Positions 50,073 to 64,000 of a stretch of 64,000 nucleotides of DNA are shown here, piece after piece (within the stretch, counting starts at the first letter, position 1; the number at the start of each line of letters is the position of its first letter). Source of the DNA: Hyphochytrium catenoides. Lineage: Eukaryota; Protista; Hyphochytriomycota. The notes under the pieces are model-generated. The model saw only the letters and a program-made list of their open reading frames with translations, did not search any database and was not told the origin of the DNA. Where the stretch lies: contig FLMG01001274.1 in NCBI GenBank assembly GCA_900088475.1, forward strand, positions 27,296-91,295. Direction: 5' to 3'. A program made the position numbers and the translations under genes.

Positions 50073-51822
50073 TCAGTCCTTCTTCTTCGTCCATGGTAAG
50101 AGCCTTCTAACTCTGTCCATCATTCTTCCTAGCAAGCGTCTCTCTCTCAGCTTCTTCAGCCAGCCGCGGCGCACTCCTAAAGCCAGCAGCGGTGCGCCTA
50201 GAGCGGCTCCCGCAGCCAACACCTTCTGCCACCAGCCAAAGAACACACCGCTCATCGCCACTTGGCTGATCTTCCCTGCAGGTAACCCGACCTTACTCAT
50301 AATAGACTGGACGACGCTGTTCCCGAACAAAGTGCTGGCGATCGTTGTCTGTTTGACAGTCGTTCTGAAGTCTTTCAGACCAAAGAACTCTGCCTCAGCA
50401 TAGAGTTCTCTCAGCTGATCTTGGTCTCGAGGCAGCGCTACCTCGATACCTCTCAAATAGTTCAATATAATGGAGAAATGGGTGGGATTGCGGTCGATGA
50501 AGGGCATCCCGTCCTTCACGTATCCTTTGGACACTGCACGTTCAATCTCAGCAACCAGTTCAGGCGCTACCTGAAAGAAAATGGATTAGTAGAAGTTATA
50601 GACGACGTAGATGCCGTGGACAAGAAAAGAACGATGCAATAGATTGAGGGAGTATAGAGACAGGGAGGACCAGAGAGAAAGAGAACGAGATAGGGTAAGA
50701 AAACGTATAGGATTGAGATTGAGAACAAGAGCAAGACAGAGAGAGACAAGTGAGTGAGAGAGAGAGAGAGACAGAGAGCGAGAGACACACAGAGAGAGAC
50801 AGAGGGAGAGACAGAGAGAGAGAGAGACCAGCAAAGAGCCAAAGAGATGGAATAATGACCACGGTCTATCTTTGCAATGGAATTAGAGAAGAGGACAGGT
50901 ATCAAAACAGAGAGATTCATCCGGGTATAAGACCCTTAGAACCACATTAGTCGACCGAAAGAAAGCAATGACAGTCAGTAACCCAGTGTCGCTCTACCTG
51001 CAGCGTCTCCCACGTTGTGGTCACGACAAGGCCGCCCACGTTGATATCAACAACCCCAGACCGCAGTCGCGGCCCTACCTGGGGAGGAGAAGGAGGAGCA
51101 AAACCCAGAGAGATCTTCTGAAGCTGAGAAGAGATATTCTCAAGCTCCTTGCGGATGGCATGAAGCTCTTTAGGAATTTTCTCCTCCGCTGGCACGGGAT
51201 GGAGCTCTATAAGTCTATCCATAGAGATCCTATGGATCTCTGAAGCGTCATTGTCCTGAGCGATTCTCTGAAGCTCAATAGAGCTCGGCTGAGAGATTAT
51301 CCGTAGGGAGGCGGCGCTACTGTCATCTTCTGCATGACCCCTAACTGAGATCTTCTGGAGTTGCTGGCCGTCTTTATCTTGGCTTTCCTTGCTCTTGCCG
51401 CTTGTCCTGCTGTTGGCATCGTTCTGTTTGTCTTCTATTCCACTGTCTTCTTTCTCTCTTCCCTTCATCGCACTGTCATCACTTGCTTCTGCTTCCTTTT
51501 CAAGTCCAAACCATCGGACATGCAGTTGACGGTTTACCAGCGCAGGGGCCGCACGGCAGATGTTAACAGAAAACGCTACAGCTCCTCCTCTCCGTGTCGA
51601 AGAGAATGAGCGGTAGAGTTGTTTGGGATGGTCTATCAAAGGCCAAGCCCGGCTTGCCGAACTCTCCAGTGCCGCGGCGTTCTTATTCATGGTGGCGAAG
51701 GAATGGCTAGGTTTTGGTGCGAGGATCAAGCGCTTGTTGAGCGCTGGTAATGATCGCCGCTGTACTTCTTTAGTCATCCTCTTGCTGATGGCCCGGAGAG
51801 CCATCGCTCTAGTCTTGTGCAT
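50073..51822 (-). CDS. BTB/POZ (KCTD/T1-type) protein with mitochondrial-presequence-like N-terminus and C-terminal hydrophobic segment; intron 50571-50997
   Basis: VVDINVGGLVVTTTWETLQ | ...DGMPFIDRNPTHFSIILNYLRG...LP.......ELYAEAEFFGL is a canonical KCTD-type BTB. The N-terminus is Arg/Ser/Ala-rich and acid-poor (RSFSS, RWFG). Confidence 0.85.
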
Positions 51823-52144
51823 TCTCCTCCTACGAACGAGAGGATGTAGATGGAACGAGAAGGTTGGGATGTAGCTATTGCGTAAGAGTTGATCTTGATG
51901 GCACGCCCTTTCGAAGAGTGTTGAGCTCTACTCTCCAAAGGGCTGCAGCCGACATCACGCCTTAAGCCTGGAGTTGTCAGTGTCGAGAGATGCTGCAGCT
52001 CCGGTTGCCTTCTTTCCTTTGCCGTGTTATCTGTTAACCCAATGCTAGCTTTATCGGGGTCCAAGGGAAGCTCTTCACACCTTCTTGCGTCCGCTGGTGC
52101 TCTCAACAGATGACGCAGACACTGAGAGGATGGTGCGGACCACC

Positions 52145-52265
52145 AGCCGCAGCCGCAGCAGCAGCAGCGTCAACAGAAGAAGAAGATCAGGAGCAGCAGC
52201 AGCGTCAACAGGAGAAGAAGAAGATCAGGAGCAGCAGCAGAAGAAGAAGGAGGAGAAGAAGAACA
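52145..52265. repeat. Compound (AGC)n/(AGA)n repeat with a ~36-bp duplicated unit
   Basis: agcagcagcagcgtcaacag(g)agaagaagaagatcagg occurs twice plus a partial copy. Confidence 0.85.
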
Positions 52266-55200
52266 GGTGCCCACCTCTGTGCAGATCTTCTCACCAAGGA
52301 AGGCAGCGAGTGAAAGATCCAAGGTTCTGACGTTGGTCAAGAAGAAGCAGGTGTTCGCACTGCAAAATTGACAAAAAAGATTTAATTCGTAAATGACAAA
52401 TTTCCATAAGCTGATTCTGAATATAGGCATAGTTTATAAGGGTGGATGACCATATGGCGCCAGTTATCCGAAACGAGGGCCACAGTCGCAAACTGTACAA
52501 CGAAATTCACATTATTATCACCTTCTTGACAGTATCTCTGTCAAGAATTAATAATTGACTGTGAAGCACGAACAGATCTTGCTGCAAGAGAGAAGGGAAG
52601 CTCCCTACAGAGCAGGCGATGATCTGAAGAAGACGAAGCATCATCATCTCCTCCTGCAGGCGCGCGCTTGCAGAAGGAGCCAGCCGTAGCAAAGATTATA
52701 TGGGAGGAGACAGAGTGATAGCACAGTGTTGAGGCGCTGAGGCGCCTCTGAGAGGCGAGAAGACGCAGCACTTACGTCATTCGTCAGGGAAATCCCTTGA
52801 CCTCCGAAAGTCTGAGTACGTCATAAGTTGTTGGCGGTCAGGTGTCGCCCGGGATGAGAGTCATCATGACGCAACACTTCCAAGTTAGGCATACTGCGTT
52901 CTGCCGGTACCTTTGCGGAGCTGTGAACTTTAGAGGTAGCCGCTGGAACTTCGTTATCTCTTCCCTGCCTCGCACTGGGTGTCTGAGGACTCTATGTTCG
53001 AGGCGGTTAGGACGGAGAAAGGAAGTTGAGAGCAAAAAGGGATGCTTATACTGTACGTACTATGTTATTACCCTTGACAGCATCACTAAACCGATCCTCT
53101 CTTTCTGTGAGCCTTCAATAAAGCAGAGGCGATACGAACTTAACTATACTGAAGTTACTCTGACGCAGATAGGACTCTTCTTCCCCTCTGCTTGTTGGCC
53201 TTTCTCGAACCTCGGATGACAAAAATAATCTTCTCTTCCTCACTAAGTCTTTGTGTGGATGCGCGAAGTGCCGTAAGTTCTTGTTGCCATTAGCTTCTCT
53301 CCGAACCCTGCGACTGGCACTCTGGGACGCGTGTGAGGTATGAGAAGGTGACTATGCCATTAACCTTTTTGAAACGAATACCACATACTGTCTTCTTCTC
53401 TCTGCAACCAATCTCTGCTTCCCTGTAGATCAGGGCCATTTACTATCAGTGTAAACAGTACCATCCATCCCTTCGCGGTCTATAATCTCAATATACAGTC
53501 CTATTCGACAATTGCCAAAGCAATGCGAAGACAGCTTTAGATAGCTCGAACTCGAGAGTGCACATACGTGCGACAGATATCATCCCGCGTTTTTTTTTGG
53601 TTCTCTACGGCAATGTACTCCTATTATGTCAGAACAGGATGGGGAAGTACTCCTTATCAGGAGGAGTGATAACATCCCTCTTCTAAATGGATAAACACAT
53701 TAGCTGTCTAAGAGTGTGGACGGCACAGCTTCCACCTTTAGATAAAAATGGAAAGAACGGTACGAATCGTCATGAAGCTTCCGTGCAGCGCTTCAGTCTA
53801 TTAGCACCGCTTCGGATTATTAGCACCGCTGGGCTACCCCTTAGGCTATGAGCGCATGAAATTTATTGGAATCAAATCATCTGTACGAAGCGGTAGTTCA
53901 GGTGGTTCAGGTCCTCAGACGTCAACAAGCTGGAATCTAACTGAGGTCAGGAGAAGAAGAGCTAGGAGGTTGTTGAGGAGGTTTGCTGGGATGTTTATTA
54001 TAATCATCGGATGCACTCTGCAACCTCGTGCTTGGCGGGCAGAACAGTTAGGAAGAAAGAGGGTACCATCGTACCACCTACTAACCATGTCCGGCTCCTA
54101 GAGGGATGGTTCGACCAGCACCATGTAGTTCTATAGACTCCTGTCCGTCTTCTTTCACGCGGCGCTGACGATAAACCCTCCTCCTCGTACCACCAATTGC
54201 TTATCTCTTTATTACTCTGTCTACCCTCTTCGACCACGCCCCTCCTACTAAATTAACAAAACTTGAGGCTTGGTTAGGACCTTGAGATGAGCAGACTCAA
54301 TGAACAATAGAAGTATAGCACCTTCTGCATGGTTGGTCCTCATCATCATCAGCTGCTCAACCAAGTTGGCCGTTATTGCCGAAGCGGCACAGGCAACGCT
54401 TCCAAGTTCGCCATCGCCCCATTCTCCAACCACTTCTCTACGAGTACGACTCAACGATGAGCTCTGAGCTGCTCCTGTCCATTCATTCATTGTCCTTTGA
54501 AGGACCTGCGGTGATGAAGAAAGAGAGCCGGAAAGCAAGCGCTGACAGCTCTGCTACCATTCTCAACACATTCTGCTGACACGATCCAACTACCGACACG
54601 AGACAGAGTGTCCACTAATAACTGATTTATAGGCCAAATTCCTGGAAGAGAGAGATCCTTGAAGCTTTTAACATGAGACAAAGAAAGAAAGCCCTTAACC
54701 AATGAAGCTGACTCAAAATAATAATCCGGTCATATAGATATATAGTAGTTAGGTATATACCAAAATGCGGGGGGTAGTAATAGCAAATAGAGCTCTTCTT
54801 GTCATGTCCATTCAAATTTTTGGCAGTACCAGCCGCCATTCATATGCGGAATATTATCAGGTAGTCTCTGTGAGGTTATCCACGACACCCACCCAAGACC
54901 TATAACCCGAGACTGCAAATTAGGCTTTTCCTTGCATGAATTATTCCAAAGGTCTCTCTCAATTCTCTATGACTTTGCAATGCAGCTGAAAGGATTGCAG
55001 GAAGGTTTCCGACCCAGAAAGCCCATAAGAGCAGTTCTATGGTGTACTATGGATAGGGGAGGCGTATTATGGGTAAAAGGGTAGTTGGGTACCCGTCCAC
55101 AACTCACTTTCTCCACAAGTACAGCGGCCCAGGATTGGGGTTTACTGTGTTCTTTTATGGTGAGTGAAAGAGTCCTCTCTTCCCTCTCTGCTCTTTAATC

Positions 55201-55866
55201 TTGTGCCCATCTCACTCGACTGGCCCACCTAACACTTTTCTTCCTAACACCTTTTGTTATCTCTACTCTGTCTCACAACCGCTGCTACTCTTTCTCGCCT
55301 GAAGACCTCGATCTCCCCTGCTGCTGTGGAGCCCCTCTGCTTCGCTCTTCCTCCATCGCCTCATTCTCCACTTCCCCCGCTCCTCACTCCCTCCCCTGTT
55401 TTGAAGTCTACAAAACGACAAGACAGAGTGAGAGAGATAAAGGAGAGAGAAGAGGTATCCAACCAGCATAGACACAAACAGCCATCCGCCCACACATCCC
55501 CAGCCCACCCACCACCGGTCCTGCCTCCTCCACCTCTCCCTCGTTGGAGTCGCTAACGCTTAATCAGCCCACCCATCTTCGACGCCTTCCCCGTCTTTCG
55601 GGAGCGTTGTGGCAGTGGTTTGACTGTCAAAACCCCCCTTCTCAATGCTGCCTCTGAATAGCCCACCCATCGCACGCAGTACCCCCCTCACCCACCTTCT
55701 GCGTCGCTCCCTTTTAGGGACCACAGCCGCCGCTCGCCGCCGCTTTCTCGCGCCGAATTTCATTTCCGCGCCTCCGCAGCAGGCAATCTCTCACTTTTCT
55801 CTCTATTTCAGAGATTCATCCGCAGCGCGCATCAGCAGCACGCAAATATTGAGTAGATCTTTCTCT

Positions 55867-58371
<2,505 letters not shown>

Positions 58372-58856
58372 TTGCGCTTCTGTCGCAGCGATCCGCATAG
58401 TTTAGACACTGAGGGCAGGAGAGAACGGAGAAGATGGACTCATTGCCGGCAACTAGCGTGGAGGTGGCAAGCAATAGTTATGGCTTGGGAAAAGAGGCGC
58501 TGATGGAGGAGAAACAAGAAAGCAAAAGGACGACGAATGGATGGAAGTCAAGGCTTTTTTTAGTGAGGAGAGAAAGCAGATGAAAGAAGAAGAGGACAGA
58601 GTCTGGAGGGAAGTCAGAGAGAAGAGAGAGAGAAGAAGAAGAGAGAAAGAAGAGAAGGCGCTTTTTAAGTTATTTTTTTCCTTATTTGTCGGGGACGGCG
58701 GGTGGGAAAGGAAAAGAAAGCCCACGACGTTTGCCGCTCAGCGGTTTATCTAATTCCGGTCTAATCTGCAGATGCAGCACGAACTGAACGTACACAGCTA
58801 GGAAAGAGTCTTCTTCTCCTCTGTTCCTTCTCTCTCTCTCTTCTCTCATTCCGAGT

Positions 58857-58915
<59 letters not shown>

Positions 58916-58917
58916 GT

Positions 58918-59122
58918 CTTAGAAGGTGTCATGTCTTTTCTTGGTCTTAGTCTCGTTGCGTGGCACTCTACTCTCTCTCCCGCAGTTTTCTCCAAAAGAG
59001 AGAGAGAGAAATGTCGACTGTGCAGAAGAAGAGAGAAGAGACGCTCCGTTAGGAATGTCTTCTGCTTGAGACAGAGTAATGAAGGTGGTCCTTTTACTGG
59101 TTAGAATGCATCGGGGAGTGGG
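58918..59122. repeat. Copy 1 of a tandem ~205-nt element (candidate structured ncRNA or cis element)
   Basis: Colinear with 59219-59422 (shared blocks cttagaaggtgtcatgtc, tgcgtggc, atgtcgac, ttgagacagagt, aaggtggt, ggagtgg); flanked by (CT)n on the left and (GA)n on the right. Confidence 0.9.
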
Positions 59123-59218
59123 GGGAGAGAGAGAAAGAGCCTTCTTCTCTTCTGTTGCTTTCTCCTCTCCTTCTCTCTCTTCCCTCATGCGGAGCTCTCT
59201 CTCTCTCTCTCTCTCTCT

Positions 59219-59422
59219 CTTAGAAGGTGTCATGTCTTTCTAGGTCTTAGGCTCTCTGCGTGGCGCTCTATTCTCTCGCCCGTTGTTACCTAGAAAAGGG
59301 AGAGAGGTATGTCGACCGTGCAACAGAAGAGATAACAGACAGCCCCAGTCAAGAAAATCTCTGGTTTGAGACAGAGTGATAAAAGGTGGTTCATTTACTG
59401 ATTAGAGTACACCGCGGAGTGG
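59219..59422. repeat. Copy 2 of the tandem ~205-nt element, ending ~25 nt from the NOP2 stop codon
   Basis: Roughly three-quarters identical to copy 1 by eye; same (CT)n/(GA)n flanks. Confidence 0.9.
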
Positions 59423-59446
59423 AGAGAGAGAGAGAGAGAGAGACAT

Positions 59447-60473
59447 CTAGTTCTTCTTTGCACGCTTCCTAATCACCTTTCCAGTATGTGTAGGAGGGCC
59501 TTTCGCTGCCTGTACTACTGTCTCTTCTCTTTCTTTCTTCTTCCCTGGCTTGTCTTTCTTTTCTTCCTTGGCAGCGGGACCTGCTTGCTCTGTCTCTTTA
59601 GCCTCCGGTCTTTGCTCTTTCTCTTTCTTCCCAGCTTTGTTGTCTCTCTTCTGCTTTTTGGGTGTAGGAGTTGGCACCACGGCAGCTGTCTCCTTCTCTT
59701 GTGCAGGAGCAGCATCCGTCTCTCCTTCTCTTGGTCTCTTCTGGCCCTTCTCTTTCTTCTGAGGAGTATCTGGCTTTCTCTTCTGCTTCTCTTTCTCTTC
59801 TTTCTTGGCCTCTTTCTCGGTCGCCTGTTTCCCTGCCTCTCCTTTCTTTGCCACAACGTCGTTCTTTCTCTTTCCGTTCTCCTTCTTCTTCCCTTTTCCC
59901 GCACCGCCAAAGACAAAATTCTCGGCCTTTTCTATGGTGTCATCGACATCGTGGTCTCTCTCTCTCCCTTTGCCTTTGTTCTCTCTCTCTGGCATCTCTT
60001 CATCAGAGGAGTTAACTTCCTCTTGGACATCCGCGTCAACATCCGCCGCAGCCTTCTTCTTGTCCTCTTTCTCTCTCTTCTCTCTCTTCTTTCTTGCTTT
60101 CTTGGACTCTTCCTCCTCGCTCTCTTCTCCCTGGACAGCGTCGTTCTCTTCTTCTTCTTTGGTTTTGGGGATCTCGTTCGAGAGCTTCTGGAACTTTGCG
60201 ACAAAGAATCCGTCCATATTGTGGACATGCGGGTAGAAGCGCCGAGTGAGAGAGAGAGACGGATGGAAGCGCTTCTCTTTGTACCGCGTAAATCCAGGTT
60301 TGCCGTGGTCAAGGCCTAGACACAAAGGGGAAATGAAAAGGGAGAAAGATGAGAGAGAGGAAGAAAGAGAGCGGGAAAGAACGCGAGAGAGTGAAAAAGA
60401 GAGAGAAAGGTATTTTGAAGAAAGAAAGAAGAGAGAGAGACAGAGAAGAAGGGGGNNNNNNNNNNNNNNNNNN

Positions 60474-60515
<42 letters not shown>

Positions 60516-60939
60516 GAGAGTGGTGGGCCTACCCGTCTCGACAAGCTTAACATCTCTCCTGGCCAGAGCATACTGCACTACCGCCTCGTTCTCCTCCACC
60601 GCCACTGAGCATGTGGAATAGACGATGAAGCCTCCAGTCTTACTCTTCGCATTCACAGAGTCAATGGCAGAGAGAAGAAGCTCTTTCTGAAGATGGGAGA
60701 GACGCTGAACGTCTTTCACTGTCTTCTGCGTCTTGATAGACTGGTCGCGAGAGATGACGCCGAGTCCTGTGCAAGGAGCGTCCAGAAGGATGCGATCAAA
60801 TCCTCCCATGACCTGGTCAACAGGAGAGAGCCCGGTCCCAGAGAGACGGGGAGACAGACAGAGAAAGAAAGTCAGTATAGACCAACAGAAGACCGCAATA
60901 TGGAGAGATATTGAAGGAGAGAGAAATTGAAGAAAGAGA

Positions 60940-60970
<31 letters not shown>

Positions 60971-61432
60971 GGAGAGAGAGAGAGAGAGAGAGAGAAGGCA
61001 TTCAGAAAACCCATAAGAAAGCCAGAATAAAGATGAATAGAAGAGGATGGCGAGGTTTCTCCAACTTATCTCTCTCTCTTTCTCTCTCTCCTCCTTACCT
61101 TAGGGAATTTCTTTCCATCATAGCTGCACACGATCGTGTTCCTCACGCCGAGCCTCTGAATGTTAGCCACCAGCGCCTTGATTCTCTGTTTCTTGAGGTC
61201 ATTCGCCACCAACACGCCGCTGTTCCTCATCAGCTGCGCAATGTAGGTTGTCTTTCCTCCTGGAGCCGCTGCCATGTCAAGAATTCTCTCTCCTGGTTGG
61301 GGAGCTAGCGCCATGACAGGACAGAGAGAGGCTGCAGACTGGAGCATGTAGTGCCCAGCAAGATACTCAGGCGTAGCTCCGATAGGCACGGGAGAATCGT
61401 AGATCTTCAGACCGACCTGCAGCAGGAGGGCG

Positions 61433-61463
<31 letters not shown>

Positions 61464-62741
61464 CCCAGAAAATTTAGCAGGAGAGAGAGAGAGACTGGTT
61501 ATGATGTGTATTTACGCGTTCTTGATGTGTTGGGCGGCCCCCAGTCACTCTCCAACTTGCGGCATCGGAGCCAACCTTTCCCCTTGCTTCTGAAAGCACG
61601 ACCTTGCCTCTTCCATCTTGCTCTCTATCTCTTCTAACCGGTCCGCTCTCCAGCAAGGTCACATCTCTCATGTCTCGGCCACTTAGGCTTTGTTCCCTTC
61701 ACTCCTTTCCTCTCTCTTCTCTCTCTCTCTCTTTCTCTCTCTCTGTTGCTCGCCGTCCCCTCTGCCTTTGCCCTCTCTTTGCTTCCCTGTTCTTCTCCTT
61801 CTCCCCTTCCCCTCCATCCACCCTTCTTTCCCCCTCCCAGTCTCTCTCTCTCTCTCTTGATGTCTTTCTTCTCTTTCTCACCTTTGACCAAGAAGCCACT
61901 GGGTCAATGTTGACACCTCTCTGGATCAGCGCCTGTCCGAGGTCTCTTCGTCTTGTCTTCAGCGTGTTCGTCCTAATCACCAGCGGACGCGGCGTCTCAT
62001 TTGCCTCCAGGAACTCAAAGCACTCAGAAGGAGAGAACATCCCCAGGAACAACTCTACAAGCTCAGGAAGATAGCCATAGTAAGAGGCTAAGTCTCTCGT
62101 GAGGCGGTCGAGGTAGTCAGCACGGCTCTTTCCCTCTTGTCTTCTCTCTCTAAAGTGGGAGAGAACCTCAATGACATCTTTGATACGCTGGTAGACATCT
62201 GCAGGGTCTTCAGGGGCTGTCTCTTTCTCTTCGTCTCTCTCTTCTTCCTCTTCTGGGAGCTCATAGATGGCCGTCCCTGTCTCTATCTGGCGCTTGAAAT
62301 CCGCTGCTGACTCTTGCAATTCTTTCTCTTTCTTCCGATCGAGAAGACGGGACTTTCTCTCTATTGCAAGCTCCATTTCTTCTCCGTCATCTGTCCCTTC
62401 TTCCTCTTCCTCTTCGTCGTCTCCTTCTCCGTTGCTTTCTTCCTCGCTGTCGTCTTCTTCTTCCTCCTCCTCTTCGTCACTGTTGGCAGCCTGGTTCTGG
62501 TGACATGGTTACTTGGTTAGCAGCAGCTAGTTAGAGAAAGAGAGAGGGAAAACGTAGCGGAGAGAAAATCTGAAAAAAGAGAGATAGAAAGAGAGAGAGA
62601 GAAAGAGAGAGAGAAGAGGGAGAGAAGGAGAATACCGAAGAGCAGCACGTAGGCGAGGAATGACAGAGACCAATGGGAATAAGGTTGAAGAGAAACTCTC
62701 TCGCCCTTCAGCATAGGACACAAGCAGAATGCGCGCATGAC

Positions 62742-62779
<38 letters not shown>

Positions 62780-62965
62780 GGAAACGTCATCACCTTCTTT
62801 AACTTCAGCCACTTTTGGTTGGAGTCTGAAAACTTCTTCGACTTCTGAACTGCGTTCTCCTCCTCACTCTCGCTCTCGTCCGAATCGAGAAGGTCCATCT
62901 TGCCCGCTGGCGTCTCTTCCTCACTCATCTCTTCGCTCTCGCTGTCCGTCATCCTGAGGAGTTAA

Positions 62966-62997
<32 letters not shown>

Positions 62998-63225
62998 AGA
63001 GAGGGAGGGAGAAGAGAGAGAAGACAGTTCCCGTTATTAGTCCCACTTCCACCGCGATATAGGCTCTTCTCGCTTGAATCTTTGTTCTCTCCTCTCTCCC
63101 TTGCCTTGGCATCCATGCTAAACTATGTCTCTCTTCAAGTCTCTCTTTCCCCATTATCTCTCTCTCTCGTTCTCTTCATCGATCTCTCTGTCTCTTTTCC
63201 CACATGCACACACAAACTCTTTTGC

Positions 63226-63260
<35 letters not shown>

Positions 63261-63691
63261 GGGACCCTTACCATCTCCTCTCTCTCTCTACAGGTCCACT
63301 CCCTCGTGACGCAGCTCTTGGCCATCACCTCCTCTCTTTCTACGTTCTCTCTTTCTCTCTCTTCCTTCGCTATGTTCTCTTAACCTCTCTCTCCATCTGC
63401 GTAAGCTTTCTCTCCCTCTTACCTGTCACTCAGAACTTCCTCCTCCTCCTCCTCCTCTTCTTCGTCTCTCTTCTTCTTCGGCGGCTCTGGCTTGTTTCTC
63501 CCTCTCGCGTTGCTCTGGCGTGTAACCTTCTCTTTCTTGTTGTTGTTCTCTCTCTCTCCCTTGTTCATCTCTCTTCCTTTCCCTTTGGCCTGACTCTGTT
63601 GTTGAGGAGGCTTCTTCTGCGACTGAGCTCTTTCTCCTCTCTCTTTAACTGGCGTCCCAGCTTTGGTTGCCCCTTTGCCTTTGCGAGCCAT
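59447..63691 (-). CDS. NOP2: 25S/28S rRNA cytosine-C5 methyltransferase NOP2 (NSUN1), multi-exon
   Basis: [103 protein letters not shown]; acidic N-terminus and Lys-rich tail. Confidence 0.98.
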
Positions 63692-64000
63692 CTCTCTGTT
63701 CTTCCTCTCTCCTTCTCTCTTTCTTTCTCTCTCTCTCAGGCCCGACTGGCTAGTCTTTGCTTTTATGTGGATAAGTGGAGAGAGTGAGGAAGCGATAGTA
63801 GAGAGAGAGACAGGGAGTTCCTCTCCTTCCTGACGTCTGTTTGACTCTGATCAGGCTGCCAGAGAACGGGAGACCTGGGACACGGAGACAGAGATCACTT
63901 AGAAAGGACAGCCAGCAAACCAGCAGATGAAGACCCAGATAGCGAAGGCGGGAGAGAGAGAGAAAGAGAGAGAGCACGAAGAGAGACAGAGAGAGAGAGA

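Noticed and set aside
59043-59122. tRNA/tRNA-Sec, U5 loop (CCTTTTAC) or U6 (ACAGAG) identity for the duplicated element
   Set aside because: Only short partial matches. There is no proper cloverleaf or TTC loop, the U5-like loop is not kept in copy 2, and the U6 flanking consensus is absent.

Overview
This is eukaryotic nuclear DNA with GT-AG introns and the standard code, in a draft assembly with six N-gaps. The DDX3 and homoserine kinase sequences look stramenopile-like (inference from recalled homologs, not a search). Genes recognised, left to right: an unknown multi-exon gene running off the left edge (-), an MscS mechanosensitive channel (-), a CINP-like protein (+), homoserine kinase (-), mitochondrial processing peptidase alpha (-), an RlmI-like rRNA m5C methyltransferase (-), a ~1,900-aa helical + SPRY + DUF4246 protein (+), a TPLATE-like TSET-complex subunit (-), an intronless secreted CBM-like protein (-), an intronless Amt ammonium transporter (-), a polytopic membrane protein (+), a BTB/KCTD protein with a mitochondrial-type presequence (-), a DDX3/Ded1 helicase (+) and NOP2 (-). 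Non-coding features: a palindromic TACTCATAG motif array (~15.0-15.25 kb), a MITE-like inverted-repeat element (~41.4-41.9 kb), decayed ankyrin-repeat relics, abundant (CT)n/(GA)n tracts right of ~33 kb, and a tandemly duplicated, apparently structured ~205-nt element between the DDX3 and NOP2 3' ends. The best candidates for novelty are that duplicated element, the SPRY-DUF4246 fusion with an altered metal triad, the putative mitochondrial BTB protein and the TPLATE homolog. All family calls come from visual motif recognition; no database searches were run.
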